DNA of 64,000 nt, taken from Yuukianura sp. NJ FZ-2021 (Eukaryota). The stretch is taken from positions 11,718,001-11,782,000 of the forward strand of contig CM102286.1 in assembly GCA_046563655.1 (NCBI GenBank), read 5' to 3'. Positions 1-10,200 of this stretch are shown in pieces. The position numbers and the translations under genes were made by a program. Under the pieces are notes generated by a model. That model worked only from the letters and a program-made list of their open reading frames with translations. It was not told the DNA's origin and made no database searches. Position 1 is the first letter of the stretch. Each line of letters starts with the position of its first letter.

Positions 1-1279
1 TTTTAGTTTTGTGTCAAAGAGCGTCGTGAGTCCTGCGCCTTAGTTTTATCTTGATAAGGATAATTTGACAACTCCTGGACTAAAAAGTTTACTTTCACGG
101 TTTCAAAGTTTCTTGGCCTTTGGAGTTAATTAGAAAATGAGTCGTGGGTGTCAAGCTATTTACTACAAAAAGAGTAGTTAAGTCAAAAGCTTAACTCAGC
201 AAGAACTCAGTAAAAAGCTCAGCGAACACTTTGCCAAACATTTTAAATGAGGGTTTTTCTGACTGTAAAGCATTAAACTGTATCATTTCTTAAAAAAAAA
301 CAACAAAAATTCAGGTTCATGGAAACATGCAGGCAGAATTGCCGATCGAAATTTAAAAAATGTTTCATGATTTGTAAACGTACAGCAGAATTTAAATGCA
401 ACTGACTTACTTGTGACATTCTCCATGTCCACTGACATTATGAACGTCCGATTCTCCGCTACAGTGAATTTAAAATTCAAAAAGTTGATTAATTTCTGTT
501 GCAAATGAGAGTAGAGAAACAAAATGGCGGAATTTTTAAAACAATGTAACTAATAATTTATTCATAAATTTCAAAAAGGGAAAGTTATTAAGTTTTCTCG
601 TTGCACTTTGAGTTTCATCATGAGCTTGTTGAGAACCAACAAAAAATTTGCAATTTGGAACAAGAACACTACACTGAAAACACGTACGAGTTCTGTAGCA
701 TATGTTAACATGCTCTTTTGATGTAACTTTCACTTACCTTCACAAACTAACTTTGTGAAGTAATTAGATCTTGACGATTGCACTTACACAAAACTGAATT
801 TACAAACTCTTCCATTCGCGGCCCTTCAACGTGCCAATTTACTCACAAATTTATGGATATTTTAAAATATTTTTGATACAAAATGAAACTAAAAAAACCT
901 TTAGAAATTTTTTTTAGCAAAAAGGTTCTTAATTTTAGAAAAGAGTCTAAACAAAATACTTGAACGGCAATTCAAAAAAGTACCGACCTTAATACGAAAT
1001 AAAAAAAAACTTTTAACTTTTTTTTATTTTAAACACAAGATTCTTGAAAATACAATGTTTTTCACCACCACTTTGTCAGAAATTATAATTATGTTTAAAG
1101 TTCATGTAAAAAAAGAAGAAAGTGGATTGTTGCGAGATGATGCGAACATTTCACTTTTTAGTTTAGAATTTGAATTCATTTTGCCTGAAAAGCTTCTTGA
1201 ACTGACAGTTCATTTTTCTGAATTGCGAAATTTCTTTTGAAGTATTTGTTTTTTGAATGTAAGGAAATTGAAAACTTAC

Positions 1280-4200
1280 CAAGTCGTCTCTTGAGTTCGG
1301 TTTCGTATGAGTACCCTTTGAGTTCAGAATTTGGAACTCCTTCAAAGAAACAGAAAAACAATAAAGAGGTATGAGTACTTGAAAAGTTAGGAGAGCAAAG
1401 GGAATCGTAGACTCTCCATCGTAAATCTTCAAGGAATTCATAGAGATTTCTCCATCTTTCAGTCACTTTTCCACTTGAAACAACTGTGGTTTTCATCATC
1501 TCCGGTTCAAAATGATGACAAATGTCAGTTCATGTCTCTTCTTTTCAAGTGGCTACATTTTTGAAAAAAACTTACGTTGACCAACACATTCAGGACTGAG
1601 AGAGATGTCGTCCAGGGCTATGTCGCCACCATATCGACGCCCACGAGTAGCCACAAATTCAATATAGTACCTACATAAAATTGAAAATGAGTACATCCAA
1701 GCTAAGTTTTACAATATTTCTAATTCATTTTTCGAATACTTCATATTCTTAAAAATTTTGCAAAAGTGACTTACAGGTGATCCAATTTTGGAAGTGGAAT
1801 TGACACTCTGCGCCAAATGTTTCCTGCTCTGTCTTTGTCAATGGCTATGAGGCGAGTGGACTTTGGAAATTTTGGATTTGACTCAATGACGTCAACGTGT
1901 AGCGAACCAATGTGTGGACCAAACATGTGATAGAAAAATCGGAGCTAAAATTCAAAAACAAGCCACTTAGAATTCACTCAGGACAAAAATTAAGATTAAT
2001 TTTGAAAATTTTCATACATAGACTTTTATTTCTAAATTTCCTCTGCGTCATACCTGACAACTATTGTTGTAAATTGAACCAGGAGGGAAAAATGGCGGTG
2101 GTGCAAACAACGTACTGCGCAGCATCGCTTTATCCATTATAAGACTATTGTTCACGTTCATGTGAACATTTAGGTAGTAGCCTGGAAATTTCACGAATCA
2201 AACCAAAATTACCAAGGTTCCTTGACAACCGAATTGTGTTGCCTACAACAGGTTGTCCACTAACTTATGGTTTTCAAACGTCTTGCTTCAAACAACTTTT
2301 ATGACAATGTAGGACCAATCCTATTTAGATTACATGCAAAAAATTACTGTAGAACGGCAGATTTGTTACTTTCAAGCAAATCTTAAAACTTCAAGTTAAT
2401 GTACAGCCTGGTATAGAAAAAGTTTTATTTTTGTTTGCGAACCTTGAAACTTACGGTCAGAGGTCAAAGGGCAAAGTAAGTTTACCTGACATATTTCGAA
2501 GATGACTATAAGTATGGTCACCGTCGGCTGGTCCAGTGATCCTATACGGTGACATTCTGTTTGTCCGTTCCCATTTAATATTCCGCTCACTCACGTTCGT
2601 CCAGCCGCACCATCCGTCCTCAAAGTTACAGCTCGTGTTTTTTGGCATTTTGTCTATTTCAGAAGAGTCAAGTACAAAAATTGCGTTATTTTTCCATTGA
2701 AAAAGTGATCTTTTCCTGTTTGAAAGTGTATCATCATTTCCTCATTATTTGCTGAGGGAAAAACAAAAGTTACATTTTTGTTCTCCTTCATAAGTGCAAA
2801 AGTTCAAAACCAATTTAATTGACTTCATTTTGTTGTCTGTGTAACCCTAAATCACTTATAACACTCTTTGACTTTTTCTAAGAATTGATTCCCTCACGTT
2901 TTTAACATTCGCCCGCTTTCTCTATTCGCTTGGTGTCGCTCATGTTTTGATGTCTTTCCTAAATAAAGTTCTTAAGAAAAGAGGAAACTTTTTTTTAAAG
3001 TTAGAGATGCTTCCTACACTTACTAATGAGCTCCTACCAGAAGATTTATATTCTAACTCCATAACAAAGTTAGGCAAAAACTGAGAGAAGAAAGTAAAAA
3101 AAAGTCTTCTCGAAGTCGAAAGAATAAGAACATGGAAAACGGCTTCTGTGCTTTCTTCTACGAGATTTTTTATTTGAAGTTTTACAATGTCGTCTTTCTT
3201 TTCATCAAAGTTTCAAGCAAGATTTACGTCTGTTCAGATTTCGTTTAAGTTTGTAAAGGAGTCAATTTACTAATTTGATTTTCAATTCGTTTAAAATATT
3301 CAAAAAAAAAACCAACAGCAACAAAGTTAATTCAAACGAAACCAACAAAGTTACTTCTTCCGCAAACAAGATCAAAAGAAGAAGAAGATGCAAACGGTTT
3401 GTATTTCCCGGAATAAGAAAACGAAACCATAAAAGCACTACTCTAAAAATTCAAAATGCGTTTGTGATCTCCTTTCCTTTGTCAATTATGCGCCTTTTTA
3501 CCAAAATGACGCGCGTGCTTTTTCGTTCATTGACTTTTGAGTCGATAAGGCTTTCATAAAAGATTCACCGCTTCACCACCACCACTTTGAACCATAAATA
3601 TTAATTCAACAAGAGAACATCATTTCGCCCATCGTTGTGGTAGCCTTGTGTTCGTTTTTGAGTTTTTCTGCCTCATGGCCTCGAGCCTCCATTTTCAAAA
3701 AACGTAAAGGATTTTTGGCACACTGTAATGGCTGCTCTAAGATGGAAATCTTATTTCCTTCCGACTTTGAAAGGCGGAACAGCATCATATACTGCCAGCA
3801 TATACTGTAGCAATTCCTCTAGAGAATCTATTTTCTAGAAGAAAATCCTAAAATATAGCGTAGGTTGAACAGCATTTGCCCAGCATCACCCAAACTGCTA
3901 CCAAAAAACATTTGTCAGGAACTGACGCGTTGTTTTGCAAAATTATGAACTGAGCCGTGCTTTCACCACACTTCCGTCTCTTATTCTCAAGGAAGCGTGA
4001 AAAGAACTATTAAAGCCTAGTGTTACAGGAAACACTTTCTCTCTCCAGTAACCTAATATTATGTTGTTCCAAACATGTTTTTAATTTTCTAGAACAAAGT
4101 AGTAAGCCATTTACTACACGCATCCCTCAAGTCCGGAATTTTTATGGCCTGCAATTCCTTTTTTTTCTAACTTTCAAAACAAAATTGCTGCTTAACTTCA

Positions 4201-7200
4201 ACAAGAGCTTACAGCAATATTGATATCCCAATTTTGTCGACCTTTTAAAAATTTAAAAATAAGAGAGAAGGAAGTTTTCTGAAATGTCTCCTGACTTACC
4301 ACAATTTTCTTCATCTTCACCATGTAGGCAATCTTTACTGAAGTCGCAGATTTGAGAACGCTCAATACAAATATCATTTCGACAACGGAACTCTGTTTGC
4401 GAACATTCAGATTTGTGCACGAGTGGCTCTGAAAATAATGAGTTAAATAAATTAGGAACAAATTAAGTCCAACGTGAGTCAAATTATATTTAATTTAGCC
4501 AGGAAGCCAAATTAACTTCGGGGTAAGAATGGCATTTAGACTTGTTTAGTTCCCGTGTCAAAAGAGTATTAGCTTGAATTGTGAAATCTCGTTCTTAAAG
4601 TAACGCGTACAAAGTTAATTAGAGCAAAGGGTAAGGCTTCCTTTTCATCTTCAAACACAAAAGTTGCTGAGAAAGCTCAGATTGAAGTCATCTCAAAGAT
4701 TAGGAAAAAAGAAAAGTTTTCTTGATGTAATGAAATGAAGAGTAAAAGAGAGTACTACAACAAATTATCATCTAAAGTTTTTGAGTGGGAAAAATTCAGT
4801 TTTGGCTATGTAGTAGATTGCATAAAATTAAAAAAAAGTTTCAAGAAACTTTCTGCTGAAGAACAAAGTTTCAAAGCTTCTCATTTTGTATATTCGACAG
4901 GATGATAATTTGAAATTAAGTAAATGAAACGCAACAAACCTACTAATTTTGTTGTTGTACTAATTACCTTGTGCTGTTATATGCTTCCAAATTTTTTGAT
5001 TACATTTTTTTTAAAAAACACTTACGTGGAAAGCAATTGACGAGTCGAATGTTGTCCACAGCAATGTGGGAAGGAACTTTTGAGCTTGGGATTACTTCCA
5101 AACTAATTTGAAATGGCTGCGTTGTTTTTCCTACGTTGCTCTTCAGACGTTCCCACCTGAAATTTGATACAATTGGTTTTGAATCCGAAAAGTTCCAAAT
5201 CCAGTTGTTTTGTTATTGATCTTTTGATAGTTTTAGAGTTTTCAACTTAAACTCTTTATTTCAAACGTAATTTGTAAAGTTTTTGAAGCCAAACATTTGA
5301 AATAAATGCGTCTGACTATGAGCTGCGCTGCTGTTAATACCATTAGTCCGATCAAAAACTTGCAGAGTTTAAAATTCCCACGGGACGAGATGGCTTTTGC
5401 CGTACTTTTCTTTTGAGCAGTCATGCGTTGAGTCTCTATATCATCTCCAACCTGAAAGCTCCAAGTCCAAACAGTACACAAGATTTTCGAACTTTTGAAC
5501 AAATTTTGTCCTCAGTGGAATCCGTTTCAACTCTACTTTTTGAAAGACCAGACTTAGCTTTTCTCTATTTTATCATCCTCAAGCAGGACACGAGGGGTCA
5601 TGAGCCTAGGAGTACTGAATACCATTCTAGATGACTGAAATCATCATTTCTACCGAAGTAGCAGAAACTCCATAAAGAAATTCCAAGTTTTCAAAATGGA
5701 TTTATTTCTCAAAAAATCCTTAGTTGAATAGGATCTTCTGGACTTTTGAAAAAAAAAGGGAAAAAAGAAAAGTTTCTTCGAAAACTTTTGTGCTTTCTCC
5801 TTTAACCACAGAATTTACTACTTTCTAGCCTCACTTTTATCTTCTTGTTTTTTTTTACTACGTTGTAGTATCTTTCGAAAAAGTCATTCGGAATTACCAG
5901 ATTACACGAACAGGTTTGGATTTATGAAAATGCAACCATCAGAAACTTTGACAGCTCACGATACTACTCATTCGCGAAAAAGTAGAGTGAAAGTCAAAAA
6001 AAAACGGAAAAGTAGATACTACAAGCACTAACCGCCATATGCTCGGTTTTGATTTGAAAGCGCGGTTCCAGGTACGATTTGATTTATTTGTTATAAGCTA
6101 TACTGAGTGGTAAGGGAATGGCACTTTTTTCAAAATGGCCGCCGTCCTTATCAGCAATTGCATCTGCATAAGACGTTTTTTGCTCATGCGCAAAAACGTT
6201 TTTTGCGCATGACGTCATCAACCCCCCCCCCCACTTCCGCACCCCCCATACCCCCACTATATATCCCTCCCCCTATATCCTCCCCCCCCACGTGACCCCC
6301 AAGTCACGTGCCCCCCCTCCCCCAAACCACAAAATTGAAATTTATTTAGAAAAATATTTTTAAAAAAAAAACAATTTTTGAAAAAAATCAATTTTTGAAA
6401 AAACTCATTTTTTGAGAAAAAAAAATTCCTGAAATTTGAAATTTGGAAAATGTTTTGAAACTTGGAAATTGAAATCAAAAGTGAAGGTAAATTTCCCCAG
6501 ATTACCCCAACTTGAAATGTCAAGGTCACGCCAATTTTTTCAAGGTCATTCCAATTTTTTCAAGGTCATGCGCGCCCTTTGCATTGGCATATTAATTTGC
6601 GTCAGGTCATGCGCGCCCATTTGCAATTTCATGTAAATTCTTAAGGTCATTTCAATTTTTTTCAAGGTCAAGCAAGCATTTTGAAATTGAAATGTCCCGG
6701 GAGCCCTTTTCTGGGTTCCCGGGACCAAGAAGATCAAGTATGGTGCATGGGCAGTATATTCGGCTGGTCAGAGGATTAGTGGGGTGTTACTCGGCCACTG
6801 CTTAATGAAACCGCATACCACTTCCGGCTAGCCTGCCAAAACAAACCGCAAACCACTTCCGGTTAGCCTGCCAAAGCAAACCGCAAACCACTTCCGGTCA
6901 ACTTGCCCGCGCATATGCACGTACAAATCCATTTGAATTTTCACTTGGTTTGCAAAACAACATCAAGGTCAAAGGTCAAACCGAGTGACGCGTCAGTGCT
7001 ACACGCGTCACAATAGACTTGTCACTACGCTCGGGGGCGTGGCTAGCCGCCCGACTCTTTGCCCAATCAACGTTGAGCATTTCAAAAGTGGGCGTGGCTC
7101 GAGGAAATGGAGACATTTGATTGGCCGAGACTTGCCGCTACACTCGGGGGTGTGGCCAACTGGCCAATGTGCGTTTACCATTTCAAAAAGGGGCGTGGCC

Positions 7201-10200
7201 TCAGAAAATGGAGACATTTGATTGGTCGACAAAACTTGTCACACATTAGGCCCGCCCTCAAGCCATAGTGTTGTCATTTCCTGCTTAAACTCAGACAAGT
7301 CGCCCGGGCGGACTGGTCAGACACAAAAGGGCCATGTTTACCTGTCGGTGGTTACATTGCAACTGCCCCGTCTTCACCCCTTGCCACGCGACACCTGCAT
7401 TTTTTGCAGTTTTTTACGTCATCGGCTGTGCCTATATAAGGCCGTGACGTTGCCACAAGCGGCTCAGTGTTTCACTAACTTCTGCGTCGGTAACATTACC
7501 TTCTCCTACAAAAGTTTAAGTGAAAGTGTTAATTTGTTGTTGTTCAAATCGCCGTCAGCAATGGCCGTCGTTGCTAAACCCAGTTCGCGATACATTATCG
7601 TGGATAGTGCTTTAAACAGCAGGTTTTACCCAGAAAATAAACCAAACGAGTTTCGTGCCAATTTGGATCCTGTGCTTGATGGCTGGAAGCAACCACTGGA
7701 GGTTGCCATTTCTGGAATGCACTACACGGCAGCACCCAAACCCCAGCGTAATATTTTTGGCCACAGTGAGGGTGACAATGTCATAAACGTAACCGAGCAC
7801 TTGGAGGTGACGGTTACAATCCCAAAAATGGATGGAATTGTGAAGTTTTTCGGCCATGTCAACAAGGAATTGAAAAAATTTGACCGAAAAATTGTCATTT
7901 CATACACAAACAAGGTCTTTTCACTTACCAACGACGAAAAGGACCACGTGGTTACCATGACGGCCGAGTATGCTCGAGCCTTTGGCTTTGATACCAACAC
8001 GTTCCCAAATGGAGTGACGCATGGCCATGAATATTCTGAAGCTGTTTTTGACGCAATTGATCCAACAATTAACATGACGCTACACATTTTCCAAGACAAG
8101 GTCAACTTGGCAACCGTGGTAGAACCAAAAGAAAAGACAGTGGAAGGCCTGATTCAGGCCATGAACGCCGCCCTGGCTCCATTTCAAATTACATTCAAGT
8201 ACTCTGAGGACGAGGCTGTACTCAAATACACCCGAGAATCTACACCCAATTACATTACGACCCTCTCGCCACTTTTGGACAAAATATTTGGACTGCCACT
8301 TGGAGCTGCATTCAAAGGATTTAGCCAAACGAATCCAGCCAAGGCCGAAATTGATCTCGAAGTGACGTCGAAACATCTCCTTGTCGTGTGCGATCTTGCG
8401 GAATATACCCAGTTTGGAGACAAGGTGCTGCCTTTGATTGGAATATTCCCACAAGGCGATCAGGATGGCAAGTCAGTCGACTTGCAAGTCAATGTACCGC
8501 GTTATTTTGCGGTAAAAGGACAGTCGATGATCAATTCCATTTACGTTCAACTTTTGGACGAAAATCTGGCACCAATTCCTGAAGCACACAGCGCAACCCA
8601 ACTTGTTCTTCACGTCAGAAAATCCACCTAAATTGTCCAAAAACCAGTTATTAACGGCCACAAAAGACAAAATCTGTTCAGTTGACGTTTGACTTGCGAC
8701 CGAGCAACACGAAAACAGTGCAAAACAGTGTAAAATTTACAACAAAACCCTTAAAAACGTCGTCAGTATCAACTTTGTGCTCGTCGAAGCAACATCTAGT
8801 GCATTTTTTGTGTAAAAATGGAAGTTGACGAACCAGGAAACTCTGATTTTAGCAACAATAGTGACAGTTTGACGCCAAAAAATGGCGAAAACAAGTGCGA
8901 CAATGCAAGTTTAGCCACAAAAACGATATCATCGCCCGCTATTGTTCAAAAAATGTCCGCGGAATTGCCCAAAAAGAAGGTCAAAAAGCGATCGCGGCCC
9001 AAAAAAGTGTCAAATTTGAAGCAAAATTTAACCAAAAATGGGTCGAGCAGTACAGATTCAGACGAAAATCTTTGCAACAATTGCAGAAAAATGCAAATTT
9101 CTAAAGACAATAGCAGAAAACCAGAAAAATCTGCCAAAAGTGGGCGAAAAAGGCGTAAAATTGTTGCAAAATTGCAAAATTTGGCCCAAAAAGCTATAAA
9201 AGGGAGCCTATTCCACAACCATTAGTCAGTCTGCGTTTGCATTTCGACGAGTAAACACGTGTCTAGTGCTCAGTGCTACCCCGAAATTTACACCTTAACC
9301 CTTGAAAATAGTGCTCAGTCGTCATTTGGAAACCGTCAAAGCAACATCTCGTGCGTGTTTTTGTGCTAAAATGGAGGTTAATGTGCCAGTGAATTCGAAA
9401 TTGGTCACCACAAGTGCCAAATTTGACTTTTTTTCAAAACCAACCACGGATGTGTCGTTCATTTTGGGCAATTACCTAGTAGTGAAACCCTATTCACCAT
9501 CAACAGACACTAATCCAATCTACTTTCGAGTGGAACAACCAGCGCATGGTTACTTGGACCTGTCGGATTCTTTTTTAAAACTAGTGTTTTCAATTAGAAA
9601 AAGTGATGGGACGCCACTCAACGATGCAGACCAAATTGCGCCTGAAAATTTATTTTTTCATGCGTTCATTGAGGATTTCAAAGTGCATGTCAACAATTGC
9701 CAAATAATTGCCCAAGGATACCGAGCATACTCGTATGAAGCCTGGATGCTCACTCAACTGTTCAACGGCATTGGAACCAAATGCAGCACATTGTCAAAAG
9801 TGGGTTATTATGCCGGAGATGTCATGGACACCTACGACGACACAAACCCGAGTTACAAGGCGCGATTAAACTTGGCAAAAAATAGTCAATCATTTGAAAT
9901 GATTGGGCGCCCGTTTGTCGGCCTATTTACGACCAAAAAGTTATTCCCGCACAACACTCAATTCAGTTTTGAAATTAAAAAGAGCGATGCATCCTTTTGC
10001 TTGCGAGGACCGGCCACTACCACCAAATACAAAATTACAGTCGAATCGGCCGAGTATTATATTCGCCAAGTGAATCCCAGTGAAAAAATAGTGACTCAGA
10101 TCCGGCAAGGGTTTGCAAAAAACAAAGTGGCCAACTATTCATACGATCAGGCCCACATGCGTTTAGAATATGTGTCGAAAAATCTCAGTTCGGTTGATTT

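Noticed and set aside
6107..7232. Short ORFs within the TIRs, mirrored at 11249-12362
   Set aside because: They occur twice only because of the inverted repeat, are low complexity, and differ in frame between the two copies.
7306..7405. Left-TIR counterpart of the tRNA-like unit (GGGCGG...CTGCCC, later T-run)
   Set aside because: It shares the first 16 nt and could form a short stem, but has no convincing B-box (GGTTACATTGC) and no CCA end.
7222..7560. 113-aa N-terminal extension of the penton ORF in the ORF track
   Set aside because: It starts at a non-ATG codon inside the TIR, upstream of the TATA/Inr. Capsid-like sequence begins only at ATG 7561.
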